From Chiloscyllium plagiosum (lineage: Eukaryota), in NCBI RefSeq assembly GCF_004010195.1, contig NC_057719.1, positions 21,342,418-21,406,417 of the forward strand: a DNA stretch of 64,000 nucleotides, in the 5' to 3' direction. Below are positions 13,001 to 25,539 of the stretch, piece after piece (position 1 is the first letter of the stretch; each line of letters starts with the position of its first letter). The position numbers were made by a program, and so were the translations under genes. The notes below the pieces were generated by a model. It was not told the origin of the DNA, made no database searches, and saw only the letters and a program-made list of their open reading frames with translations.

Positions 13001-13199
13001 TGATGAAGTGATGAACTCTGCTTTCTTCCCACAGATGTTGCCAGACCTGCTGAGTTTTGCCATCAATTTCTGTTTTTGTATCTCATGTACTGGAACTGGG
13101 TGTCAGTCAGGTCTCATGTAATTTGTTGTGCTTGACACATCTGAACTCTGCACAAGGAGAGCTTGCTTCTGCTGTTCCTTTCAATCATCGGCACCTACC

Positions 13200-13975
13200 A
13201 CATCCCCTCACTGCTTGCTCCAATTTCGCAGAGCACTGCAAATCAGGCTGATCCAGCACTCTCTGCCTGGCCTATGTTATACATGCCAGAATGGTTGACG
13301 CAGTGGAACCACATCCTCAGCAGCCCTATCCCCTGCTTCACCATGGCACTGGCCAACATTGTACCGGAGCTCCACATCAGCCAGGAGGTTGTGCAATTAT
13401 ATAATGGGTTGTGGTTGCAGTTGGCAGCACTTATCCCCTAGTAAACAGCCTTGTAAGCCTCTTTGCCAAAATACATGCCACATACACAAGAGTCCAGGAC
13501 TTGAGGCAACTGCCAGGCTAGTGGGCATACACTTGCAAGAATTTCCTGTTTCTGCCATCTCAATGCCACAAGCGTATAATTGATGCCACAGAACTGTACA
13601 GCACAGAAGAGACTCTCAGCCCATCGTGTCAGTACCAGCTCCAAAAGAGCTAGTCAGCCATATCTCTATTGCTCTCTAAATTAATCACGTTCAAATATAT
13701 ATCCAAATTTACTTTCAAATATAGATCCTCCCCAGGGGATGCCAGCTTGGTTTCTGAATCTTACTGCCTGGGCTGTAGCAACGACCTTGTCATGGAGTAA
13801 CAAAATGACCAGTTTGCTGTTGGTCAGGCGGCATTAATCACTATCCTAATGAATTTGCGAGATCCTACACAGGTTGCCTACCGCTCCCCAGAAGGAGGCA
13901 GTCACACAGAAGTTCAAAGTGGCTGTCACCTTCACAGTCACCAGGAGAGGGTGGCCTCCCACTCCTGCAGCTCTC
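13200..13975 (-). pseudogene. Fossil PIF/Harbinger (HARBI1-like) DDE transposase
   Basis: Hand translation of the minus strand across frameshifts: GGHPLLVTVKVTATLNFCVTASFWGAVGNLCRISQ; AQAVRFRNQAGIP; KFLQVYAH*PGSCLKSWTL; LQGCLLGDK; ELRYN; MVKQGIGLLRMWFHCVNHSG. These match HARBI1-family motif order (PGS.HD, LLGD.GY, YN, VE..IG.LK.RF.CLD). Confidence 0.8.
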
Positions 13976-14354
13976 AGGTCCCACTTCAGCTTCTGGCCTA
14001 GTCCATCACAGTGTCGTGGGACACCTGGAGCCTACACACACACTGCATCTCCATGAAAGGGAATCAGGGCCAAAAGTCTCCTGTCATCCTGCAGGCATCA
14101 CACATCCTGAGAGGTCCTGTGCCTGTGCCCTCCCCCTGAGCTCGGTGCTCGTTGTTCTCCACAGTGACCTGCTCCTTTCCCTGTGTTTTCCAACAGCCCT
14201 AGTCCTCCTGCAGTAGCCTTTGCCATTTTCAGAAAGGCAGCCACAGTGACCAACAAGCAGAAGGGTGCCTGACACTTACTGGAAATGAACTATGTTGGGA
14301 ACATAAGGAACAAAAGATTTTTTTGGTCTAAGATCAGTCAATGGTGGCATACCT

Positions 14355-14620
14355 TTGGTTAGCCCAGTTGGCTGGACAGCTGGAACACAATATAAAATAA
14401 TATCAACAACGTAGATTTAAATCCTTCAATGGCTGATACCACATGAGAATCTCCCTCGCCTAAGATATGGTGAGGTAAACACAATGACTGCAGATGCTGG
14501 AAACCAGATTCTGGATCAGTGGTGCTGGAAGAGCACAGCAATTTGCCTGTCCTCGGATGCTGCCTGAATTGCTGTGCTCTTCCAGCACCACTGATCCAGA
14601 ATAAGATATGGTGACCCTCT
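14355..14620 (+). mobile_element. Old tRNA-derived SINE fragment, interrupted by a PLE mini-element
   Basis: A-box-like TAGCCCAGTTGG near 14360 and a degenerate B-box near 14414. Confidence 0.45.
14474..14601. mobile_element. Inverted pLTR pair (PLE family A'')
   Basis: ATTCTGGATCAGTGGTGCTGGAAGAGCACAGCAATT plus its reverse complement. 13-bp TSD TAAGATATGGTGA (14461-14473, 14602-14614). Confidence 0.9.
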
Positions 14621-15990
14621 TCATCTTTATTTACACCTTGCAAGTCAGGGCAGTAACACAGTACACTCTGTACAGTGAGGCATGATGCACTCCAATAACA
14701 AGGGCTTTGTCTCTGTCATTCATTCACCTTCAATCTCAGCAAGTAACAGGTTGCCTTAATCTGGCAATCATCTATTTTTGAGTCATTACTGCTCACTGCA
14801 ATGTCAGTATTCAGTTTGCAAAGACAATAGCGTGATGCAAATTGCCTATGATCAGCATTCGAACCCTAAGCCTGTTCATTCTACTTGCATTGTAAACGGG
14901 TAATTAAGTGATTACAAATGATATGTAGCTATTGTTTGCAAGTGCCTGCTTCATGTATCTGTCCCTTCAATGTCCTAGCGCCCAGCAGATGTAGAATTCA
15001 CGTCTTTGTTCATTAAACGTCCCAACTCTGCCTATCCTTGGTTCTGACCCATAAGGTTTCCAGATGCATTTCATACCGCGATAACATGCTGGGGAATATC
15101 ACTAGTAATGAACATAATCAGGACCCAGCTCTGACTGGTCACCGGGTAGCTCCCCAAAGCCTGCAAGGCCCCGATAATCCTGCATTATCCTGACAGTATA
15201 TTTCTATCTACTCCCCCCCCATGTGGAGATCTACCACATTAAACTTTGCCTTCGGTGTCCTCCCAACTCTGACATTACACCTCAATGATGCCCACCCTGC
15301 TCCTCTATGCTCTCCTTGTTGTAGCCATGGTAGTGGTCACTGCCAACAACCTACCCTCTCATCTGTCGCCTAGAATGCCCTCTGAAGCAGTTCTACTTTC
15401 TCTACAAGTGCCTCTGCTTTCCAACCCCTTGACTCCCCCACCCCCACTACTGTTCCTAAAGGATACCACTGCACCATCTTCAATGCTCAATGTATGGATT
15501 CACAAGACTGCCAACAGCCCAGTTGTCTCTGAACAGTTTGAAATGAGCAACCAGTAGACATGACTGGCCAGGAGTCTTTACAGATCCTTGACTGACAATG
15601 CATGTTTCCCCGATTGCTGCTTTTGGCCCCACAAGTTCGATCATTGCTCACTGCCCAGATTGTCATCAAGTTCTCCGAACAGGTGACTCACTGTGGCCAA
15701 GGCCAGATTCAATGTGTGGCTGTGCCCGTGGTTGACTGTACTGGAACAGACAACGGATATTCCTGACTGAATGGACTAGTCCCGTCCACTTTCTAACTTG
15801 GCCATTTGGGAGAATAAGCGTGCAGTGTGGTTGCCAAATAGGTGGCTGCATATGCTGTAGGTGTTAGACTGACCTGTTCACAATGACATCCCTCCTCTGA
15901 CAGATCCATACTGACAAGTCTGACATGTAATATGACTATGCAAAAGAGCACATCAGTAAGACAGAATGGTAGCCTTGAAGATCTGGATAC

Positions 15991-16418
15991 TTCCATATCC
16001 ACCACAAATTCACCTGCACCTCCACACACATCATCTATTGCATCCGCTGCACCCGATGTGGCCTCCTCTATATTGGGGAGATAGGCCGCCTACTTGCGGA
16101 ACGTTTCAGAGAACACCTCTGGGACACCTGGACAAACCAACCCAACCACCCTGTGGCTCAACACTTCAACTCCCCCTCCCACTCCACCAAGGACATGCAG
16201 GTCCTTGGACTCCTCCATTGCCAGACCATAGCAACACGACGGTTGGAGGAAGAGCGCCTCATCTTCCGCCTAGGAACCCTCCAACCACAAGGGACAAGTC
16301 CCTCCTCCCTACCTTTTATCTTCCTCATTCCTGAAGAAGGGCTTATGCCCGAAACGTCGATTCTCCTGTTCCTTGGATGCTGCCTGACCTGCTGCGCTTT
16401 TCCAGCAACACATTTTCT
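15991..16418 (+). mobile_element. PLE 3' fragment: Neptune-type GIY-YIG endonuclease plus pLTR/hammerhead
   Basis: The frame from 15991 reads FHIHHKFTCTSTHIIYCIRCTRCGLLYIGEIGRLLAERFREHL...PVAQHFNSPSH...EEERLIFRLGTLQPQG, followed by a family A pLTR. Confidence 0.92.
16327..16362 (+). ncRNA. Minimal type I hammerhead ribozyme motif
   Basis: attc-CUGAAGA-A-GGGC uuau GCCC-GAAAC-GUC-gauu: intact core, with palindromic ACGU in place of helix III as in PLE minimal hammerheads. Confidence 0.8.
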
Positions 16419-16654
16419 GATCTGGTAGAAGCGCCAACATGCATACAGGCATGGCTTGACAAGGCAATGGAAAGCATGAATGCTACAAACGTGCAGGAAG
16501 GAGCGAAGTGAGTGAATACGAAGAGAATAAGTGAGCATTCTGAGATCCAGCCTGATCTGATGTGTGTCCTAGTCCCTGAGCACACTGTCCTTGCAGCAAC
16601 ATTTTGATGTGGATGGCTCAGCATTGCAAGTCTGTCCTTCCTCAGCATCATGCT

Positions 16655-17232
16655 ACTGATTTGACTTGATTAATTTGATTTATTGTTGTCACATGCACCT
16701 AAGTACAGTGAAAAGTTTTGTTTGCGAGCAGTACAGGCAGATCATAGGGTGCTTGGATAGAGTGAGGCATATAGGTGACACTGCACAGGAGGTGCACAAA
16801 GCAAGATCAGCAATAACAAGATCAACATTATTTGAAGTTAGAGGGTCCATTCATCAGTTTAATAATGGCAGGGAAGAAGTTGTTCTTGAACCGGCTGGTG
16901 CATGTGTTAAAGCTTCTGTATCTTCTGCCTGATGAAACACGCCAGTGGAGAATATTACTGGGGTGGGAGGGATCTTTGATGATGTTGGCAGCCTTTCCGC
17001 AGCAACAATCAGTGCAAATGGTGCCCATGGATGGGAGGCTGGCCTCTGTGATGAGTTGGGCTGTGCACCCAATCTTCTGTAGTTTCTTACAGTCCTCTGC
17101 ATAGCAGTTTCCGTACCAGGCTGTTAATTACCTGGACAGTATGCTTTCTATGGTGCATCTATAAAAGTTAGTGAAGGTCCTTATAGACATGCCAAATATC
17201 TTAAGCTGCCGAGGAAGAAGAGGCATTGTTGT
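16655..17232 (-). mobile_element. Rex1/Babar LINE 3' fragment
   Basis: KAANIIKDPSHP...SGRRYRSFNTCTSRFKNNFFPAIIKLMN (ORF 16828-17028). Tail ...GTGACAACAATAAA followed by short repeats. Confidence 0.85.
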
Positions 17233-17452
17233 TCATCCAGCCAGCAGTGAGCTGAAGCAGATACTTGTCTGATCCCCAGTTGAAAATACTCAACGTCTAG
17301 CTTTGTTGGCTATTTGGTACAGAAAGGAAGCTGAGCATTAATGAGGTGAGTTGTAGTGTTGATGAGATGTTTAATATGGCATAACCCATCTTAAATGGAA
17401 GTTGGCTGCTGCATCACAAGAATCTCACCTCGCCACTTGATAAACAAATAAA

Positions 17453-17753
17453 GGACGGCACGGTGGCACAGTGGTTAGCACTGCTGCCTCACAGCGCCAG
17501 AGACCTGGGTTCAATTCCCGACTCAGGTGACTGACTGTGTGGAGTTTGCACATTCTCCCCGTGTCTGCGTGGGTTTCCTCCGGGTGCTCCGGTTTCCTCC
17601 CACACTCCAAAGATGTGCAGGTCAGGTGAATTGGCCATGCTAAATTGCCTGTAGTGTTAGGTAAAGGGATAAATGTAGGGTAATGGGTGGGTTGCGGGTC
17701 GGTGTGGACTTGTTGGGCGGAAGGGCCTGTTTCCACACTGTAAGTAATCTAAT
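17453..17753 (+). mobile_element. HE1-type V-SINE, full length
   Basis: A box TGGCACAGTGG, B box GGTTCAATTCC, V-domain GTGGAGTTTGCACATTCTCCCCGTGTCTGCGTGGGTTTCCTCCGG, and a HER1-like tail. Confidence 0.92.
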
Positions 17754-19720
17754 CAACTGAAAAAAAAGATCCAACAAGATGTTCCTGCTGAGGAGAGGAG
17801 CCTCGACAGCCATCTTGTCCATTTCTGCAACAATTCCTGTCAGAGCGCACGTCACTCAGATCCCTGTATGATTGTGCCCAATCTCTCAAAGTTAAACCAT
17901 GAGAAAAAAACTTGCACTGTGCATTCCATTATCATGAAATCATTTTAAACTGTTATTAAAATCAATAAATTAAACATAATTAAAAGAAGTTAAGTGCTTT
18001 AGATTCTACATTGGACTGTGGGATATGGCATTAAAAACCAACAGTGAATGATGCATGTAATTATCAACAAAAGGTAATTTATTGAGTTGTTTCTCAAGAG
18101 GGCTAACTAGGGAAAATATCGAAAAACATGAGAAACATATATGTCAGAATCTAAATATAGAATAGTCCAGCCAGTGTCTTCAATTGATTCTGTGCACATT
18201 ATCAGACTTGTAATAGGCAGTGTTACGCCATGTTTCACAGGGAAATTCTGAAGTAATAACTTAATAACCTCTGTCAGAAAACCTTGTGATAACTTGCACT
18301 GTTGTAGCAGATTCTTTTTTTTTAAATCAAGCTGTATAATAGTATTTTTTTTCATCCTTTCAAAATAAACAATAATTGCATTTGTATAACACCCTTATCT
18401 CAATCAAAACATCTCAAAACACCACATGCACAAGAACTGCACCCTGAAGTGCAATGATTGTTATGGTGTAGGTTAAACATGTACAGATCAAACATTTTGT
18501 GCAATGATACAAAAGAAAAACACTTGTTTTTTTTTCTTCATGCAATCATTAAACATTTCCAAATCTACTGAGGAAACCAACAGTTGAAAGTAACATTTTC
18601 CATTTTGCTCTCAATGATTACTATTCTAAGCAGTTCTATGTCATGTTATGCTCTGTTATTCCTCAAGTTATCGCAGATAAGCCCCATTATTTTTCACTAC
18701 TGATAGCCTTCCAGGCTGTGTCGCATCAGTCTGACAAGATATTTTAGCTGTCAATCCTGGGGTTAAGTTCAAGATATAACCATGCATATTACATAAAATA
18801 ATGGCTAGTTTAAGGATCAATTATATGGCTTTCCATATTGGCCCCATATCTGTAATGGATTGCATGCACTTCTCTAATTCACTGGGGTCATCTATTATTC
18901 TGCTTAATGTATTTCATCAAGAATGGATTTTATTCAGCTTTTGCTTTAGTTTTCCACAGATAAAAGGACAGAAGGTGGGAGTTTTCCACTTTCCTTGATT
19001 ACTCTACATTGCACATCACTAATTTTGATCTATAGCTAACTGGATGCAAAGACAAAACTGTCACATTCTTTCAAATCCTTCATTAATGGCAGAGTGTTAT
19101 TGATTTTTAAGTATGAGCCGGAGGAGCTTAAAGCTCATTTCATAAAAAGGAATTTATCCTGGCAGCAGAATCAGTCCAATGACAGAGAAGACTTCTGTCC
19201 AGTTAAATCATTTTAATTTAAATGCATTCCCTTTTCCCCACACTTGGGTTGTATCTCAACAGATATTCAACATTTGAAAGGTACTATATTTGCTTTATTT
19301 TTGTGGTTCACATTGAAGGGTGTTTGTGTCAAAACCTAAACATTTTTCCCACAATTTTAGTGCTGCCAGAAACATGAAACTTTCAGATCAGGTACAGAAT
19401 GGGTTGTGTGAAAGGATGCACTGTTTCAACACTGTATGTTAACCCTCAGATCAGTGCCGTTATTGGACCAGCGTGACATTTCCCACACCATCCATCACTA
19501 TTGGCTTATCCTTGGCTGTCTGAATGATAATGCCAACTAGTAGCACATTAAGGATAGTTTATGGGGCAGACAGGATTGTACAGTGAACAATGCAAAACAG
19601 AGCACAGACATAAACAAATGGAATTACTGATATCCAGCAATGTCTTTAAAGGGCCTAACATATTGCTCTGGGCTTCATAAATGTTAAAAAAAAATGGTAC
19701 ACTATCTGTTGAAATCAAGG

Positions 19721-22700
19721 AGAACAATGAATAAAGAAAATTTACAGCCCAGAAACAGGCGCTTCGACCCCCAAGTCTGTGCTGCTCCAAATCCACTGTC
19801 TAAACCTATCGCCTAATTCCTAGAGATCTGTATCCCTCTGCTCCACACATACTCAAGCACCTGTCCAGATACACCTTAAATGAATCTGCCTTGCCTCCCT
19901 CTATTACCACTGCTGGCAATGTGTTCCAGGCACCTATCATCCTCTGTGTAAAGTATTTTCCGCATGTAACCCCCTTAAACTTATCACCTCTCACCTCGAA
20001 CACGTGACCTCTTGTTATTGAATCCCTCACTCTGGGAAAAAGCTTATCTCTATCCACCCTGTCTATACCCTTCATGATTTTGTAAACCTCAATCAGGACC
20101 CCCATCAATCTCCTTTTTTCTAATGAAAACAATCCTAACTCACTCAACCTCTATTCATAGCTAGCACCTTCCATACCAGGCAATATCCTCGTTAACCTTC
20201 TCTGCACCTTCTCCAAAGTGTTCACATCCTTTTGGTTCTGGATGTAGGTTTGCTTGCTGAGTTGGAAGGTTCATTTTCAGACATTTTCTCACCTTACTAG
20301 GTAACATCTTCAGTGACCCTCCAGACGAAACTTCATCCGGAGGCTTGTATGGTGACAAAACGTCTGAAAATTAACCTTCCAGCTCAGCGAGCAAACCTAC
20401 ATCAGAACCTCAACCTGAGTTACAAATCTTCTCAAACCTTACTAAAATCCTTTTGGTAATGTGGTAACTAGAACCGTACACAGTATTCTAAATGTGGCCG
20501 AACCAAAGGCTTGTACAATTTTAACATGACTTGCCAGCTCTTATATGCAATACCCCGTCCAATGAAGGCAAGCATATCAGATGCCTTCTTGACCACTCTA
20601 TCCACCTGTACAGCCACCTTCAGGGTACAATGGATCTGAACTCCCAAATCTCTCTGCTCATCAACTTTTCCCAAAGCTCTTTCTTTTGAAGTATAGTTCC
20701 CTCCAGAATTAGACCTGCAAAATGCATCACCTCACATTTGCCTGGATTGAACTCCATCAGCCACTTCTCTGCCGAACTCTCCAGTCTATCTATATTCTCC
20801 TGTATTCTTTGACAGTCCCCTATGCTTTCTGCTACTCCACCAATCTTTGTATCATCTGCAAACTTGCTGATCATACCAACAGTGCACTCTTCCAGGTCAT
20901 TTATGTATATCACAAACAACAGTGACCCCAGCACTGACCCCTGTGGAACACCACAAGTCACCTTTCTCCATTTCGAGAAACTCCCTTCAACTACTACTCT
21001 CTGTCTCCTGTTACTCAACCAGTTCTTTATCCACCTAGCTAGAACACCCTGCACACCATGTGACTTAACTTTCTCCATTAGTTTACCATGGGGAACGTTA
21101 TCAAATGCCTTACTAAAGTCCATCTATATGACATCAACAGCCCTTCCATCATCTATCAACTTGGTCACTTCCTCAAAGAATTCTATTAAGTTGATAAGGC
21201 ACAATCTCCCCCGCACAAAACCATGTTTCCTATCACTGATAAGCCCATTCTTTTCCAAATATAAATAGATTTTATTCCTCAGTACCTTCTCCAGCAACTT
21301 TCCCACCACTAACGTCAGGCTCACTGGTCAGTAGTTATCTGGAATATCCCTACTACCCTTCTTGTATGAGGGACAACATGAGCAACCCTCCAGTCCTCCG
21401 GCACCTCACCTGTATTTAAGGATGCTAAAAAGATATCTGTCAGGGCCCCAGCTATTTCCTCTCTCGCCTCCCTCAGCAACCTGGGATAGATCCCATCCAG
21501 TCCTGGGGATTTGGTCACCTTAATATCCTTTAGCTGACCCAACACATCTTCCCTCCTTATTTCAACTTGATCCAGAGTAAACAAACGTCTATCTCTAATC
21601 TCAGCATTCTTCACCTCCCGTTCCTCAGTGAACACTGATGCAAAGTAATCATTGAGAATCTCACCCATTTTCTCATGTTCGACACACAACCTTCCTTTCT
21701 TGTTCTTTAGTGGATCAGCCCTTTCTCTTGTTACCCTCTTGTTTCTTATATATGAATAAAAGGCCTTAGGATTCTCCTTAATTCTGCTCGCTAAAGTTAT
21801 TTCATGACCACTCTTAGCCTGCATGATTCCTCATTTAAGATTGGTCCTACTCTCCTGATATTCCTCCAGGGCCTGATCTGTTTTTAGCTGGCTGGCCCTT
21901 TCGTATGTTTCCCTTTTCCTCTTGGCTAGCTGCACAATTTCTCCTGTCATTCACAGTTCACGAATCTTGCCTTTCCAATCCTTTGTTTTCAAAGGAACAT
22001 GCCTATCCTGCACTATCTTCAACCTATCTTTGAAAGCCTCCCACATATCAAACGTGGACTTCCTTTCAAATAGCTGTGTCCAATCCACATTTCCAAGCTC
22101 CTGCCTAATTTTGATATAATTGGCCTTGGCCCAGTTTAATACTCATCCCTTAGGATCACTCTCATCTTTGTCTACAAGTATTCTAAAACTTACCGAATTG
22201 TGGTCACTATTCTCAAAGAAATCCCCCACTGCAACTTTGTTCACCTGGCTTGGCTCATTCTCCAATACGCGGTCCAATATGACCCCTTCTCTTTTCGGAC
22301 TATTGGCATACTGCTCTAGAAAACTTTCCTGGATGCCCCTTATAAATTCTGCCCATCCAGACCTCTGTCGCTAAGTGTATCCCAGTCAATGTTGGGAAAA
22401 TGAAAATCTCCCATCACTACCACCCTGTTGTCTCTACATCTTCCATAATCTGTTTACCTATTTTTTCTTCTACCTAATGCTCACTGTAATATAGCCCCAC
22501 CAATGTAACTGCTTATTTCTCAGCTCCACCCATAATGCCTCACTGCTCAAGCCCTCCATACTGTCCTCCTTTAGCACAGCCGTGATATCATCCCTGACCA
22601 GCAATGCAACTCCTCTCCCCAGTTTATTTCCCTCCCTGTCCTGTCTGAAGTATCTGTATTCTGGAACATTTAGTTGCCAATTGTGCCCTTCCTTCAACCT

Positions 22701-23240
22701 AGTCTCTGTGATCGCAATAATGTCATACTCCCAGGCACCAATCCAAGCCCTAGGTTCATCTGCCTTACCCACTATACTCCTTGCACTATCATATATGCAC
22801 TTCAGGCTGCCAGTTCTTTTGTGTTCATCTGCTCTCTGCCTCCTCTTCTCCTTGGTAATGCTAACTTCATGATCCTTACAGTCTCTAGTTTCCACCTCAC
22901 TATCTGCTAGTCTTCTCTTCTGATTCCCATCCCTTGACACATTAGTTTCAACCCTCCCCAACAGCAGTAGCAAAAACTCCCCCAAGGACATTAGTTCATG
23001 TTTGGTTCAAGTGTAGACCATCCAATTTGTAATAGTCCCACCTTCCCCAGAACCGGTCCCAATGTCCCACAAATCTGAACCCCTCCCTCCTACACTATCC
23101 CTAAAGCTACATGTTCATCCTGCCTATTCTTTCATTTCTACCCTGGCTGTGGTACTGGTATGTGGTACTGGTAGCAATCCTGAGGTCCTCCACTTTAACT
23201 TCTCTCCATGCTCCCTGAATTCTGCTTTCAGGACCTCATC
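19721..23240 (-). mobile_element. CR1 LINE, ~3.3 kb: ORF1 esterase C-terminus, APE endonuclease and RT (decayed)
   Basis: Minus strand near 22990-23100 reads FRFVGHWDRFWGRWDYYKLDGLHLN (SGNH-type ORF1 end). Also YDIIAITETRL (APE), and DFSKAFD, GVPQGSVLG, KFADDTK (RT). Confidence 0.93.
20237..20446. mobile_element. Inverted pLTR pair (PLE family C) inserted in a CR1
   Basis: The arms are reverse complements. 11-bp TSD ATCCTTTTGGT (20226-20236, 20447-20457). Minus strand carries a degenerate hammerhead CA-CTGAAGA-T-GTTACC..GGTGA-GAAAA-TGTC-TG. Confidence 0.85.
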
Positions 23241-24327
23241 TCGAACTCTTGGGAAGGATGATCAATGGTATTTATTGTGCACAACTAATCAGCTTCTACC
23301 CACTCCACACCTCTGCAGAGGTTCAATTAATCCTCATCCAGTGTTTGACAAGCCACTGAAGCGATGGGAAAGTGCTCTGACCCATTTTTGTTAGCCTAAT
23401 GCTCAGACTTCGTCTAACGATGCATTTCCAGATAATTTAATTAACAAAGTATATCTGCAGACAAACATTAAAAAGTGTTTGGAACAATAGCCAGGATAAA
23501 CATAGAAGGATGTTCCTGATAACCGGAGAGTCCAGACCACTGGAATGTGTGCTAAGAGAGCAAGCAAAGAATCCTGAGATACTCTCTGCTCCATCTTATG
23601 AGTAGGGTGCTTATCCCTGTGCACAGCTTGTCAATTGAAGGTGCTGGTGTGCTCAAATGTGCAGTATGAAGTGGAGAATGGTATTATAATTGAATTGGCA
23701 TTGTGCCATGAAGATGCGGCTGGTCAGTGTCAGTTACCAGCCAGGATTGAAGGGGTGGAGTTGCAGGTGGTTATTGCTCATGAAGCATGCCTTGAAATGT
23801 TGGCAACCACCATCCAAGATGGAGGCCTGGTGCAGCAAGGAGTGAGCTGGAGTCCCCTTCTAACTTTCATCCTGGCAATTGTCACCTTCTTGTTTTTCTC
23901 TGCCATGTGTGAGAATAGGAAGCTGCATTGAAATGAAACAAGATGAGTTACTTATGAAATGTTATTGCACACAAATAAGCCTTTTGCCACTCACTTAATC
24001 TCACAACCTTTAAAAAGTGTTTGAATGAGCAGTTGAAGTGTCACAGCTTTCAAATGTCTAGTGTGGGAAAGTGGGACTAATGTGGGTAGTAGTATATTTT
24101 TGATTGCTCAAACTCAATGAGTCAAAGGGCCTCACCTGAATGCCTACGCATGATTCTATGATCTATGATTGTATAACAAGATGCTCATTGTGCCATTCAA
24201 ATATTTACTGCAACAAATTACAATTGAAGGTGCTGGTATGCTCAAATGTGCAATGTGAAGGAGAGAATAGTATTCTAAGTGAATTGGCCATGAGGATGCA
24301 GCTGCTGTGTTTCAGTTACCAACCAAT

Positions 24328-24508
24328 TAGGTGAACTGGCCATTCTAAATTGCCTATAGTGTTCAAGGATGTGTGGGTTAGGTGCATTAGTCAAAGCTAA
24401 ATGCGTAATGGTAGGAGAATGGGTCTGGGTAGGTTACTCTGCGGAGGGTCGGTATGGACTTGTTGGGCCAAATGGCCTGTTTCCACGCTGTAGGAATTCT
24501 ACGATTCT
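24328..24508 (+). mobile_element. 5'-truncated HE1-type SINE
   Basis: Matches the 3' half of 17453-17753. Confidence 0.85.
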
Positions 24509-25009
24509 ATTAAATATTTTTTTTTCTCTCGACATCAGTAATCTCATTTTTCCAACCTTGCTATATTTTCCCAACTGCTGATTGTCCACGTCATTCAGGA
24601 GCTGGGGAAAACTCAGCCCAGTGACTTCATTTTTGTAACAGACTAATAGCTTGCAAAAGAGCAATTCAAGACATTTGCATGTAAATACAATTTTATTCAT
24701 GTCAAAATTCACCCCACTATTCTCAAGTGAATGGAGAAGCTGAGTAAGGTGTTTGGACAATCAAGGCTTTATTGAAAAAGAATTAAGATTTAAATCTTGT
24801 ACTGTTAAACCACAGATTATCATCACCACAGAAAGGATATTCACCTTCAGTGTTATTGATTGGTATGAGATTGAGAACACAACATCCATCTCTGCCTCAG
24901 AAACTACAACCAAAGATCACTGAAAGCTACTACAACAGAATGAAACAACAAGCAGAAGAGCAAAGAGAAAAGCAGACTAAAAAATTTTAGTAAATGGTAC
25001 AGAACATGA

Positions 25010-25023
25010 GTTGCCATAGCAAC
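25010..25023. promoter_or_regulatory. RFX X-box motif
   Basis: GTTGCCATAGCAAC matches the palindromic X-box consensus and lies in non-repeat-looking sequence. Function is not shown. Confidence 0.35.
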
Positions 25024-25539
25024 AGCAAGGCAGACAGTATGAATGGAGATCAACACAGAAAAATAATGATAGAGAAAAAAAACGGTAACTGAGATCACAC
25101 ATCGTGTGATAATAAGGTGAAATTGTAACACATTGGACAGAATCTTTCGAAGTCAGCATGAGCATTAATGAGTCAGTTGCAAAAACACGGTGAGACTAGC
25201 AGAAATGAGGTTCTTGACATTGAGGTTTCGATTCTCCAACCAAGATTGGAATAGTAAAATGAGAATCTCAGTAATGAGTAACAAGAGGCCTATATGCATT
25301 AATATACCCTACATAGTACCAATTCTTGCCTCATTGATGTGCAGATCATACCATCTCTCTAACATCCATCCCCCAAACTGGATAAAAACTAAATAGTCAC
25401 AATTCCAAACATGGAAACCAGAGCAGATTCCGGATGATTCCCGCTTTTGAACAGCAGACACCGACATCTCAATGCACAATCAATGGGCAGCGACCACCTC
25501 TATCTAAGGGGGGCTTGTCTTGGACACATATCAACCTCA

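Noticed and set aside
17453..17525. tRNA gene (also 27454 and 40279)
   Set aside because: The A/B boxes belong to retroposon heads followed by element bodies; no canonical cloverleaf with terminator was seen.
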